NCBI RefSeq assembly: GCF_006345805.1
Contig: NC_043017.1
Location: forward strand, 16,740,001 to 16,804,000
Reading direction: 5' to 3'
DNA: 64,000 nt
Source of the DNA: Octopus sinensis
Taxonomy: Eukaryota
The notes under the pieces were generated by a model, which had not been told where the DNA came from, did no database searches, and was given only the letters and a program-made list of their open reading frames with translations. This document shows positions 39,032-53,300 of the stretch, one piece after another (position 1 is the first letter of the stretch; the number at the start of each line of letters is the position of its first letter). Both the position numbers and the translations under genes were made by a program.

Positions 39032-42000
39032 CTGGAGTCAATGACACATAACAATCCATGCAAATCGATTGACAAAAGACAGGACATGGCATGCAAGCTA
39101 AACGGAGGCATTCTTTTGTTGGCAAACAAAATATATATAAAGTAAAAATAAAATTAACATTTCACATTAGTATACGGTTTAATTCTTAATACATGCACAG
39201 CCATTTTTGAAAAATAATTTTAGGGATAAAAACCAACAATACAGCATAAACCAATTTTTGTTGTGCACTTCAAGAAAAAAAAAAAATATCTACAGCGCTG
39301 AGAGAAAAATTACACATCAAAATCAAGGTACTTTGGTTGTAAAGCTTACATGCTGTATTTAGGGCTTTTCATCGCAAAATTATTTAAGAAAATATGCATA
39401 TTCTTATATAGAATTAAAATAAGATATATATTAAGGAGGAGGAGATTATAAAATAAAATTCAAATTAGAGAAAAAAATGTATATTAAGTGTATACAATGG
39501 GAGATATACAACTAAAGGATATCCAAAATACATCAAGCCGCAACTTGAGACATGTCATAAAATATACTGCCTGAATGACAGGTGTCACAAATGCAAAGAT
39601 AAAAGTCTCCCAGTCCTAATTCTACATGTTAATTTATTCTCTTTTTAACATTCGGTTAATTCAGTTTCTTTTAGAATCATTTTTTGTTACTCTTCTTGGT
39701 AAGTACCAATAGTATCTTTTATATCCAATCGGAAGCAATCATGTCAAGCAAAGAGGAGATAGAGTATATATCTGTGTGTGTGTATGCAGATACACACACA
39801 TATACACACTCTTTTCGAGAGAAGAACAAGAGAAAAGAGCAAGATTGGAATGAAGGTTAGTTCTTGTCTAAAAAACCTCACGCAACACAAACGCTTGAAA
39901 TACATACCCTGACCTGTCGGTGCATTATCAGAACTGCCTTCTACATAGAAATGGTAAATGATAGAAAATTATGAGGATTGTAAAAAAACAAAAATTTTGT
40001 ATCATGATGTCAGTATCATACCACAACCACCACCACTATTATTATTATTATTATCACCACAACTAGTTTCAACCAATAAAGATTTCTCACCCTCTTAAGA
40101 ACTGTATAAGTCAATTAAGACAACCAGGCACATGCATGCCTGGTACATATCTTATTGACCTCAGAAGAATGGAAAATAGAAATGTAGAACTTTAACTCAG
40201 AACTCAGAGAAATAAACAATGATGTCACAAAGTGCCAGGGTTCTGCCATTTCTGTACCATCACCACTGCTGCTATCACTGAAGCCAGGCCCACCACCACT
40301 GATTATAATAATTTTAAGTCAAGTTACTAACATCAGGAAAATGAATCAATTCACTTTGTAGGGCAAATGAAAATATAGAGGTTTTCTTTGTTTGGTTTAG
40401 GAAGGAGGAAATGCCCTTAGCCTTGCAGGATTGATATGGTTGATGCCCTCCGCTTGTAACTTGGTGTCTGAAGGTAAAATGGACATTTGGAGGGAATGCC
40501 AGACAACTGACATTATTAAGAGGGATTAGAGAAAGTGAGTGCAGGGCCAGGGACGAGGCATTGTAGTGCTAATAAAGGAAGGAGGGATGAAGGGTCAGCT
40601 AGGCCTGAGAGGAGGTGGCATACAATAAACTGGTTCAGATAAACAAAGGCCACTTTGGAGCAATAATAATAAGAAAAGAACGCAATCTAGAACATGGACA
40701 AGAAGTTGGAGTGAGATGCCAAATGTTTGTCTGTCACTCATACGACCTTCATCTGGAAGTGGTGTAGAATGTTTATGTGAGCAACAGTACTGTTTCATAT
40801 ATAAGAATAGCACTACATTGCTGGCTTATTGCATCATAGAATTCTGTAACTAATCAAAGGAGAATTGATATTCAGGCTCTGAAAAGAAAATTAAGCTTTT
40901 ACAATGCACTTTTGGCAATGTTACATGTATGGCATCTTCAAGATTGCTACAAATGATGACATTTAGCAGGAATGAAGAGTAATACCGTCCGCATAAAACT
41001 GAGCTTTGTTGGATTTGATTTTCAAAAGGAGAGCAAGAGAGAAAACCAGACCTTGGAACATACCAGAGTTGATTGAAAGTGATTTTAAGGACTGTTTATA
41101 GTTCAAAATGAAGAAGGTTCAAATGATTCTTTGTCTTTGGTATAAGTAATGATTGTGTCTTGATGCTCGAGAAAGAGACTAGATTGTCACACCTCTGTTT
41201 GAGGAGTTTTGAGGTGCATATATTCATGTGGGTGATACAGGTTTTGCATGAAGGAATGATATTATCTGCATAGAGCTGAGCATTGTTAGTAGCAACAAAC
41301 AGCAGCAGGTTAATAATATATATAGAACAAAGTGAGTCAACATTAGAGTTGAGAGAATATGCGTTAGGTAAGGCACTGTCAATATATTTGGTCAGTGGTT
41401 GCCAACACGAGGAGTGCATCAGCAAATAAATACCTTCTTTGAATGTCCACAGAAATACTGTTTTGAAACAAAACACTATTGACATACAATTTATTGACTT
41501 AATTATCTACCAAGAAAGTAATATGCTAACTGGTCTTTCCAATCTAGCCCTTGATAACAAAGGGTTTATAAGCAGTATCACCACTGCCAGTTAAAGAGAG
41601 TAGTCAATTACTGAGGAAATTCCAGCAGGATTGAAACTAGCTCAACTGATCCTCTTTCTCTGTTCATGAATAAATCGTACATATAAAGACAAGGTGGTTA
41701 CATCTGCCTACACTTAGTGTTGGCTGAAAATCTATAGATATATTCCATAATATAGTAAAGTAGTAATGCTATACTATAGCATACAGTCATAAAAATTTAC
41801 TAAGAGATATTAAAGGGAATCACAAATAAAGATATATAACTTCCGAGGAGGAAACTAAAAAGAGATGAAATAAGGTTAATAAACACTATTTAAAAGAATA
41901 ACACTATCTTTATAAAGAGATGTACAATGAATTAATTCTAAAAATTTATCTGGACCCATACAAAGGTTCTACTGAAGGTGATACAAAAGTGAGGATAACT

Positions 42001-42347
42001 ATTTAATTAATTGCACAAGTTGGTAGGGTAACTTCTCCACAATACAAAAAAAAGTATCTCGATCACAAATGATACCATCACTCAACTCAATTTTTGAATC
42101 CTCTTTGAGAAAAAATTCAAATGTGCCTTGTTGTAAGCACTCACAACACATATGGTCCTAGCTATGATGTGCAATTTGCCTGGAGGAATCCTAGATGTTG
42201 GTGAGGTGCAGAATTTGGAGTAACTGTGGAGGCTTTGATTGAGGTATGTGGTGTAATGATAGTTTCTTGAATTTTTTTTGGTTGTTGTTGAAAGAGAGAT
42301 TGTCATGGATCTACATGAGAATGTTTCCAAAGTCAGTGTTCATAGAA

Positions 42348-42750
42348 TCAATTGAGGCATGTAGTATTCAGATTACATGTGGATGCCACATGACTAGGGA
42401 AGGAGATTAGGGAGGAATGAAGAGTAATACTGTCTGCATAAAAGTGGGCTTTGTTGGATTTGATTTTCAAAAGGAGAGCACGAGAGAGTTTGGAACATAC
42501 CAGAGTTGATTGAAAGTGTAAGAGAAAGGGCTTTGTCAACAGCAGCGGTGCCGTCTGATATGAAGTTACCAATCCAAAAGTTGAAGAATGGATGAAGCCC
42601 ATAGGCAAGAAGTTTTGAAAGGAAATTTGCATGCTGGACATGGTTGAAAGCTTTGCTGATGTCTAGGGCAGTAATATTGCTTTCACCAAAATTCTTTAAC
42701 ATGAGGGCCAACCTATGGGTGACACGACAGAACAGATGTCCAGTATATCT
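42348..42750 (-). mobile_element. CR1/Jockey-like LINE RT relic
   Basis: ALDISKAFNHVQHANFLSKLLAYG (RT LDxSKAFD motif); a ~70-bp segment is shared with 41004-41080. Confidence 0.7.
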
Positions 42751-42761
42751 GAAAGCTGAAC

Positions 42762-42801
<40 letters not shown>

Positions 42802-42849
42802 TGAGAGAAAGAGAGAGAGATAAGGTGTTGAAGATTGCCAATGTTAATG

Positions 42850-43048
42850 GCTGTTTCTTATTTTTCTTTATGTCTTGTTTTCATAAGTTTTGAATTAAAA
42901 TCTTCCACCAAATCATAGTCACAATTTATGTTCCTAACACTTGCTTAATGATAACTAAGTTATTTTACTAAATTCTTTGTTATATCCAAAATAATTGAGA
43001 GAAAGACAGAGTATCTCAAAAAAAAAAAATACAGAATTGAAAGGGTTA
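42850..43048. mobile_element. Partial piggyBac-type MITE
   Basis: Ends in GAAAGGG|TTAA; subterminal sequence resembles the 25799 end; other TIR not found. Confidence 0.45.
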
Positions 43049-44144
43049 AATAATATATAAAGGAAAACAAACCTACAATATAATCAATCAATCAATCTAT
43101 TAACCTCTGAGTAAATGTTTAACAAAAATTAAAAAAGAAAAGACTTCAGAATATGAACATAAAAATAAGGCTGAAATTGATTACAATCCTCAAATAATTA
43201 TCTCAAGGCAATAAAGATATCAAATGTATGATCAAACACTCACACATTCATGTATATAGGAAACAAATTTCCTTTTCAACATATTATGCTTGAAACATGA
43301 TTATGTGTTCAACTTTAATCTTTTCGTTAAATATTTTTCTTGTCATTTCTTCCTGCTTAATCTGAAACAATAACCTTCTTAAGCTCGTTAACATATTTGG
43401 AGCTTTCTGGATTTCATTCACTGAATGAAGTGTGACTGATAATGGTGTTCCTGTAGTCGGCAGCAAGGGGTCATGGGAATAATATCGCAAACTGCTAAAT
43501 TCTTCATCAATGGATGCAAAAGCCTTACCTGCACATACACCCCACCCACACTCCACAAACACAAAATATAAAAAAAATTTCTTTTTAAATTAACGAACAA
43601 TCTTTTGAATCCCAATTAACAGAATGTCGCACAACTTACAAAAGTGGATTCCAAACTGACAAACACCAGTCCCAATCAACATCCGTGAAACTGTTTGTCT
43701 TTCACCCCAACCATATCTATTTCTTTACTACCCACAAGGGGCTAAACACGGAGGGGACAAACACATATCATTAACAAAAAGACAAAGTTTCCACCCACAT
43801 AAGTCTTCTTTCGTAACTATGATACTGGCCAAGCTAAAAGAAAAAGTTTCATGTGGTGGTTGCATATGTGACATTGTAGACCCCACTCCAGGGAAACAAA
43901 TGGTGGTGGGTGGGGCATGGATGCTATTTCTCTCTACAAAACACCTGCCCTGTAGTATCACCAAATCTCATCACAAGTTTTACACTGTCACTTTGCAAAA
44001 ACAACTGAACCCTTGCTGACCCAATGCGCCTCTCCCTCACTTGTCAATAGGTGCCTCGACAAGTTGCATATTTCACGGTTCTTGGCAGCATGCGAGAGGA
44101 GATACTATATAATTGACGAGTGAATTCATTAGAATGCTCTAATG

Positions 44145-44362
44145 CAATGGTTTTCAACCAGGGTTCCACGGAACTTTAGGGTTCCGCCAGTACAGTCCAG
44201 GGTTCCGCAAGAAGTTACAAAACTGCTAAAATCAGCAGTTATTTTTAATACTCCTGTGCAGATATGCGTGCATAAGACTATTAAATTATTGCACAGGGGT
44301 TCCTCGAGCCAGTGGAATGTTTCCTTGGGGTTCCGCTCCAGCAAAAAGTTTGAAAAGCACTG
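44145..44362. mobile_element. hAT (Charlie-like) MITE
   Basis: Perfect 8-bp TSD CTCTAATG at 44137-44144 and 44363-44370; TIRs CAATGGTTTTCAA / TTGAAAAGCACTG; internal GGGTTCC repeats. Confidence 0.9.
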
Positions 44363-46097
44363 CTCTAATGAGTCACGAGGCATATAATGAAAAACATCTA
44401 GGGCTCTAGAATCCTAACCACAAGAACCAAACAAATGCATAACACTTGGTAAACCAATATGTATTCCAGAGGGATGTGGAAGCCCCAAAACAAATCTGAA
44501 GATAAATGGTAATATTTCTTTCTTTGTGATGTCTTGTCGAAATAACCCCATGAGGAAGACTGAGAAGGATTGAGAAAAGTAAGGGAAAGGATTCATGAAA
44601 ATACAACACTCCAAATGACTGTAAATGCCCCCCATGTAACCATAGTAATTTGGGTAAGTGTGCATGTGTGTATAAAATAAAAAATATTAGATAATGTGAT
44701 TCAAGGGCTGAAAGATCAAAAACATCCAAAGAATAATGTGCAGCTGAAATCTCCATCCTGTTACCCAAAGATTAAGTGCCTGGTGTTTTCCCCCAACAAC
44801 CTTGCCCCTACTGTGTGCTCATCTCATTTCATGGTCCCTATTGTATGTGTTTATCACCACCAGCAACAGAAAGTCTTCATTTCCATTAGACCCCTGCTTC
44901 CACACAAACTACTCCCTGCTAATACTGATTAAATAGACTTGCAATCTGTGGGTCCTCTGCTTCTCAGAAACAAACCAAAACACCCAGAAGAAACCTGAAC
45001 TTATCCCCCCAAAACGCATTTATGCACACACGAAAACAACGATGAAAGAAGCTACTTTGATGATATTTCTAATCTAAGTTTCCGTTTCATTTCTGAGTAG
45101 TGAAACAACCAAGCAGAAGCATGATCCATGTGCTCTTCTACTGCAGCACTGTGTACCGTCAGAGAGAATTATAAAGAAGTCTTCCAAGTGAATGGAGTCA
45201 CAATGGTCATTAGCAACACAGTAAGTCGTTATTGAAACTAATTTTACAGAGAGAAAAAGATGTTACGAAACACGAATAATTTAATTTATATTAACATTTT
45301 CTAGTTTATGCATAAGGGTGAGAGAGAAGAAATGGCTGGAATGGATAACAAACAGGTTCTATGAAGTGCGAAATTAATGAAACACAGAAGGGGATTAGAT
45401 TTGAAGATGACCCACCATATCTACATTGGCTACACTTCATCAGAAAAAGCACGGTGAGGGGACAGAAGGGTCGGCTGTTTTTGTTTTTCACTACTTACAT
45501 GGAAAGATGGATTGGACAGGAAAAGGAATATTACGAAGGAGAGAAAAAGTACAGGCATTGCTGTGTGGTTTAGAAGTTTGCTTCACAACCAACTGGTTGG
45601 TTGCTAGGCACAATCCTACTCATAGCCTTGAGTTGGCCAGTGCCCTTGTGAGTGGCATTTGGGAGGTGGAAACTGGGTAGCTATCCACTGTGTGTGTGTG
45701 TGAGTACTTTGATTTTAACAAAGAGGAGGGAAAATACTCAATATCATAGTAGAGAGCAATAGTTTAAGGCTAATACTGTTTGAAGAATGATAACATACTG
45801 GGGAAATAATGACCACTAGTTCGAATCAGAAGGGGAGAGAGAGAGAGAGAGTGTGTGTATTTATGTGTGTGTGTGTGAAAGAGACAGGCAGACACTGTGT
45901 GTGTGTCTTTTAATGGTGAATACTGGAAAGAGATTTAAACACTGGTGAATCAACCAATAAACAGGTGCTTTCAAACAAATTGCCAAGAGGTATTTGTTCT
46001 GCTTTAGTTGTGCAGATAATTTCTTGCTACAATAGCCATTGTAAATGAAGTGAAATAGCAACTGGCCTCCTGGAAACCTGTAACCAATGGTGATATT

Positions 46098-46217
46098 TAC
46101 ATTATTTACATTTGACGGATTTGTTGTTAACATGTTTCGGCTGATATACCCCCCAGCCTTCATCAGGTGTCCTGGGGAAATTTCGAACCTGGGTTCTAAT
46201 CCCTAAGGTAATTTTCA

Positions 46218-46254
<37 letters not shown>

Positions 46255-46506
46255 TCACTGCCTAGAATCGAACTTGGAATCTTAGGGTTAGTAGCCCATG
46301 CTCTTAACCCCAAGATTCCGAGTTCGAGTCCAGGCAGTGACCTGACAGCAACAGCAACAACAACAACGAAAATTACCTTAGGAATGAGAACCCAGGTTCG
46401 AAATTTCCCTAAGACACCCGATGAAGGCTGGAGGGTATATCAGCAGAAACGTTGTGTTAACAACAAACAAGATGAAGAGAAATATCTGTCAAATGTAAAT
46501 AATGTA
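46098..46506. mobile_element. Head-to-head inverted pair of a tRNA-headed element with a hammerhead-bearing tail
   Basis: ~200-bp arms in inverted orientation; each has a B-box-like AGTTCGA(T/G)TC, a trinucleotide spacer, and GACAC-C(T/C)GATGA-A-GGCTG...CAGC(C/A)-GAAAC. Confidence 0.75.
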
Positions 46507-46742
46507 CATAATTCCTCATCTCTTAAATATAGAACTGAATGATGTTTACAAAAATGGACATAAAAAGAAGAGGGCAAAGTCAAGAAAAAGAAAGAGAAAA
46601 AAAAGAGAGAGTAGGGTGTGTGTGTGTGTGTGAAAGAGAGAGAGAAATGCATGGAAAATGAAGAAATTTAAGATACTAATAGTTTAGATACTAATAGAAT
46701 AAATACTATTCTGTTGACAAATAAAGCTAAACAGAAAGATAC

Positions 46743-46815
46743 TTTTATCTTTTTCTGACTGTTCAAGGTATGAGTCATCAAAAGTAATCTCCCTCGGATA
46801 TCGTCTCATTTCCAT
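46743..46815 (-). CDS. Candidate alternative first coding exon of the MAP7-like gene
   Basis: ATG at 46815, MEMRRYPREITFDDSYLEQSEKDK, then A|gtatct donor in phase 1, compatible with the exons starting at 39031 and 29050; CpG-rich patch ~600-800 nt upstream. Confidence 0.35.
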
Positions 46816-48646
46816 GTATATTAGTACCACCATCACTATATCGTTATCCGTAAGGTAATATATGTAAATGAAGACAACGGTCAACAGAAGATTGCTTTAT
46901 ACAAACAACAACAAACATACACACACATGTGCACAAATAAAAAACAAAAAAGATAACATAATACAAATAAAAATAACAGTAAATAAAAAAAAACGAAAGC
47001 ATGAAATAGAAAATGTTTCTTTTTTTAAAAAGAAAGGCAAAATAATGGCAAAAAAAAAAAGTTTTAAAAAATAAATTAAAAAATATACAACAAAAGAAAC
47101 AAAATAAATAAATAAATGAACAAACAAGCCAAATGTGCAAGAATCATTTAAAGGAAGCTGAAGCAAAGCGAAGCAATAGAAAAAAACAAGCTACAGGCAG
47201 GAAGAAGATAAAAAAACGTAAATAAGGGCAATAATTGCAACAAGATTATTATCATTATTAAATAATAATAACAACAATAATAATAATACTAATTATGATA
47301 TTCAGCCACATGCAGTTCTCTTTTCTAGGAGGGGAGCGGGGAGTATTTTGGGCCCATTTGATCACAACATCACAAGCGGCACAAATACATAATGCTACGG
47401 ACGGTAACACAACAGGCCCAGATGTCTTGGAGACACATCAGCAATGCAATACAAACTGAAGATTGTCCGTCTGGCGGTGGAACGCCTGTCCTATGTCTTG
47501 GACAACTGAAATTCTCCGGTTTCGACATTTCCGAATATGCGCGCGTGTGCGCGTACGTGTCAGCACACATGCACTCATACGTATAATGATTTCGGCATGT
47601 TGGGTTGGTAGTTAATAATTAGTAATGTTTAGTAGTGTTTAGTAAGGAAAGCAATAAGAAATCATGCAGTTTCAAATTTAGGGGATTTTCTTAGGGTACA
47701 AAAAAATTAAAGGAAAAAAAAAAAAAAGAAGAACCTAAATATAAAAGGAAATTATTTAAAAAATACCATACCTATACCAAGCACATCTACGGTGGAGTGC
47801 GTGTGTGCATATGTATATCTGTGTGTGTATATATATACATATATATACACACACACACATGCATACACGCACACACATTCACACACGCACACATATATTA
47901 TTTATTCATTTATATATATATATATATATATATATGTATGGGTGTGTGAGTGTGAGGGAACATGCATGTAACCTTGATAAATATGTATCCATCAAAGAAG
48001 AAATAAAGAAACACACCGCTAAAACAAAACAAGCAGAGAAAGAACATTGAAAATAGAAACCCGGAGAGAATTTCGGCTCTAGATCCCTTCCAGGAACTGC
48101 AGAAATAGCAACAACAACAACAGCAAAATCAATGCCATTCTGAGTGATGACTTCTAAGAAGACATCAGGCCAGGTGTTGCAAAGAAAAAGAAAATAGGTG
48201 CAACCGCTTCCAAACAGAATTGGTAAGTAAGAATTTAGAAGGACGAAACATAACGATGGGGCTTGACTAAGCTGGTCCCAGTGCTTTTGATAATAACGAC
48301 TGATGGTACATCACAAAAAGGTAACTATACAGTATGGGAAAAGAAGTGATTCCTGCCCTGCTTAATTTTTCTCTCAGCATATTTTGTCATTCATTGCTCA
48401 TCAAATGCAGGATAATCCCATTTCTTTTTAACCTCGCACGTCCAATGCATTTAAAGTTTATATCTTGCTGTCCTGTAGAACTACTTTTCACTCAGAGAGA
48501 GAGAAATCTTTTGTTACCATCAGAGGTAATGGCTCTCTCAACTTTATGCAGCCTGTTTGTATTTTAGCAACTGTACTTTCAGAACAACATCATCCGCTGC
48601 TAATTCAGTTACCGAAGTAATAGAAGGTATTTACTTCTTTTAGGCA

Positions 48647-48832
48647 GATGGTATTTCGTCTGCCGTTACGTTCTGAGTTCAAATTCCGCCAAGGTCGACT
48701 TTACCTTTCATCCTTTCGGGGTCGATAAATTAAGTATCAGTTACGCATTGGGGTCGATGTAATCAACTTAATCCATTTGTCTGTCCTTGTTTGTTCCCTC
48801 TGTGTTTGGCCCCTTGTGGGTAGTAAAGAAAT
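48647..48832 (+). mobile_element. 5'-truncated SINE family D copy with 22-bp TSD
   Basis: AGGTATTTACTTCTTTTAGGCA at 48625-48646 and 48833-48854. Confidence 0.85.
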
Positions 48833-51800
48833 AGGTATTTACTTCTTTTAGGCATCCCATAGGTTCCTAGTGTTTCCTGCTCTTGCATATCTGCCACATA
48901 CAAAGTGTGCTATCTCTGCTATACTACTGAATCTCTTGTGTGTCCTTAGTTTGCACTGGGTACACCATATGGAACCTCTACCTACACCATTTCAACATAC
49001 TGAACTAGATAAAGAAGTACAAAATGTTTGAAGAAAAAAATATGGCGCACAAAAAAAGCCCCAAAACAAATGATGTAAAGAAATCAAATAACAAAAGAGA
49101 AATGAAATGATGCCAAACACCAGGAGTAGACAGGGATATTAACAGACATCATAGAAAGACAATAGAAGGTTGCCAGGAATTGCCAAAATTGAAAATTTCA
49201 AAATAAAAACACTGTAATAAGACAATATCTTAATAAAATAAGACATTCATCTTAAAAACCAAAATGGATGAGGCTATGAAATGGAATCTTCCAAAAATAA
49301 TCGAAATGACTGACCATAAAAATGGTATTAATCATATGCTTTCTTACTATAAGAGCCTAGTGTTAACACTAAGAAGATCTATCAACACCTAGATACAAAT
49401 AGCTAAGAACCAGAATAGGTTCATATAAAGGTCAGGGTGTAATGTAACATTAGAAAATTGCTGACAGAAAAACAAGATTATGACCGACCTATGCACTAAT
49501 TAGATATGCATAAATTGCAACCAGTGGTTATATGATTAAAATTTTCAGTTCACAATTGTATGGTTCTGAGTCTGATCAGTCTAATCGTTAAATCCTTAAA
49601 AATGTTTTAGCACGAAGGCCGCGGCCATGCTGGGGCACCACCGCTGAATAGAAAGTAAATAGAAAGTCTGTATAGAAAGTAAAATTGGGTAAACTGAATC
49701 CACAAAAAAAAGGCAGTGACCTGGGCTGTACCTGTTCTTGGGTGGTAGATTTAATCTGTTATCCAATTTGTGAATACCACCTGATCCTTGGGTATCTTTA
49801 ATGTTGCAAACATTCAGGCCTCTGAGAGTAACTTCTAAAATATAATGTTCTTCTCCCCCCAGCCCCAAACCAGTCGTAAAGTTCCTGTAAAGAGGATTCA
49901 CGAAAACTTGCATTCCCAAACGGAAACAAAAAAATACCAAATCACAAGGAAGGAAACTATTTACGTTCCACCTGGCTCCTGTCCTCCTAAACATTTCTGA
50001 ATTCTCAGAAAGGTTTGAAGGTTGATAGAATCAAGATAGATCCCTTGTTCTATATACATCATATAGCATTAGAAAATACTTGAGAAACTGTAAAATCTTT
50101 AATATCAGTCAATCAATCAATTACAGTTCACAGTCTTGAGTGCACAGCAAAAGGGACAACTTCTGCCCCCCATCTTTTTTCAGTCGTCAACTAACCATCT
50201 TCTTCCCAATCCTTTTTTTATGTTGGTCACCCACCCATTTCTAGTGTCCCTGCAGTATTAGCAGTTGTTAAAATAGAGAAAGAAAAAACAACAACAACTA
50301 AACAAAAAGCTATCTAAGACTATAATTACTTGATACAGCATGCATTTTCAGAAAGGTTCTCTTCATAAATGAAACAGATTAACACAAAAAAATAACACTG
50401 CATTCACCTGATTATATGATGTCGGGCATAATGATGTGAAATAAAAACCCTAACAGATGAATGAGGAGGAGCTTCTGACACTGACAAAATTTCCAAGGAA
50501 TCACTTCAAGTCCATGTGTGAATGCTAGATACTTGGTGAAGAAAGACAAGTTGTTCTTGACAGGACTTGCACTTAATTAAATTTCAATATTAAAGATTTC
50601 TTTATATCAGACATGCATATTGCGTCTGCCAATCAATTTCTTTTTGACAAGCCAGAAAGAAAATATTTATAGCGAAGATGTGCTTTCTTTTTTTGTGTTT
50701 TAGAATGTAAAGAAATGATAGAAGATACTGATTAAACTTCACCGCTGCCAGTTTATGTTTTACAAGGCACAAAGGCACTGTATTATTTGATAGCAAAATG
50801 GAAAGTGATATACATGCTTTTCTCAAGAGCATTAGTGGGCAAAAGTAAAATGGAAGGCTTCAACTAAAGAACAAGAATATATGACGACTCCAGCATCGTG
50901 TAAATAACAAAAATAACAATTTTGAAAACTTGCAAAAAGTTACAAATTTCACACACTGGAGGACGTAACTAGCAAGCAACACATAAAACAAAAAAAAGCC
51001 AAGTTAACAAAGAAGGATTTGAAATCCATAACAATTAACAGCTTCTAACAATTGGTACATGACCACAATTTTTATTTCATCACCAAAACTGACCTTGGCA
51101 GGATTTGCCTAGAAACACAGAGGGAGGCAATGATGCTCCGAGAGGGATACAACAATGTTCTAACTTTTCCATAAGGCAACAATTTGAGTTTTTAGGGTTT
51201 CATGTTTTTTGTGGGAGGGGCCATGTGTGCACATAAATGTATGTGCATTAAAAATTAAATATATTTATCACTCAAAGATGAATGATAAGCTGAGCATTTT
51301 CATCTGCTACTCTAGTGATTCCATTGCCCAATACTCTTAATAACAACACAATTTATATAGGATTGCACCTATATAGTGACGGCAAGTGGCTTAGTGGTTA
51401 GGGTAATCAGCTTAGATTCATAAGGTCATGAGTTCAATTCCTGGCAACACATTGTGTCCTTGAGCAAGACACTTTATTTCACATTGCTTCAGTTCACTCA
51501 ACTGGCAAAAATGAATTGTACCTGTATTCCAAAGGGACCGGCCTTGTCACATTGTGTCACACTGAATCTCCCTGAGAACTACATTAAGGGTATGCATGTC
51601 TGTGGAGTGCTCAGCCACTTGCACATTAATTTCACAAGTAGGCTGTTCTGTTGATCTGATCAACTGGGACTTCCATCACTTTAAATGACAGAGTGCCAGT
51701 CAATTTATATAGATGAGGAAACAAAATATATTTACTGAGAACATGGACACGGAGAAACTCATTCAGAAAGCAAAGTCTGCAAAGAAGCAACTATTATTTA

Positions 51801-52705
51801 GGCCCCTGTTCAAATTTGATTAAGTAGCACTATAATCAAGGGCCTTCTAGCCAGAGTTGACCTGTCTATTTTTCCATTTTTTTGGCAGGGTTTTTTTTTG
51901 ACAGGTATAATGTATCTTTGACTATATTATCCAATGAAGCCTTCATTTTTAAAAAAAAAACCTACAAGGGTTTGATAAAAGAAATAGGAATGTTTTTTTT
52001 CAAGAATGCTGAGCAAATGTATTTGGCTTACCCATTACAATAAAGAATATATAAAATACAGCAGGAACAAAACAAATTAGGATCATAATTAAAACGAAAT
52101 TACTGGCTACAAAGACAATTAATTAGGGGAAAGGAATGAGAAGTAATCAAAACAAAACAAGAAATTGAAACAAAAAATAAAGCAAAAAAGAAACTGCAAT
52201 GGATTTAAGAAATTATGCAAGAAACATTAGTGATGATAATGAGGATAACTTAGATATTTTAATAAGACTCCTTTTGAAGTGGGGGTGGATATTTTTTTTT
52301 TTTTTAAAGAAAAGACACATTTTCATAAAAAATGAAACTGATTGAGGAAATGAAGATTAATGATATGACTGATGTAGTTTGCGCAAACGACAAGTAGAAA
52401 TTATTTTCCCCTCTTTTAAAGAACAGACTTCAATATATGATTAGCATTTTCTTTCAGCGGCCTTAGATACAAATTACACTTCATTGAAATGAAGTTGTAT
52501 CAGAAACAGTAGTGATAATTTAAAATTATAATGATAATAATGAATCAAATTTATATGAGCTGAGTAGTAATGAAAAGATCATATATTTTCAAAAAGTATT
52601 ATGCAAGATTTCGTTTCAGAGTAATGCATCAAATCTGCAGCTCTTCTGTTTATAACAAATAAACAATAAAAAGTCATTAAATTATTAATATATTCACTAG
52701 GTTTC

Positions 52706-52761
<56 letters not shown>

Positions 52762-52769
52762 ATAATAAT

Positions 52770-53300
<531 letters not shown>

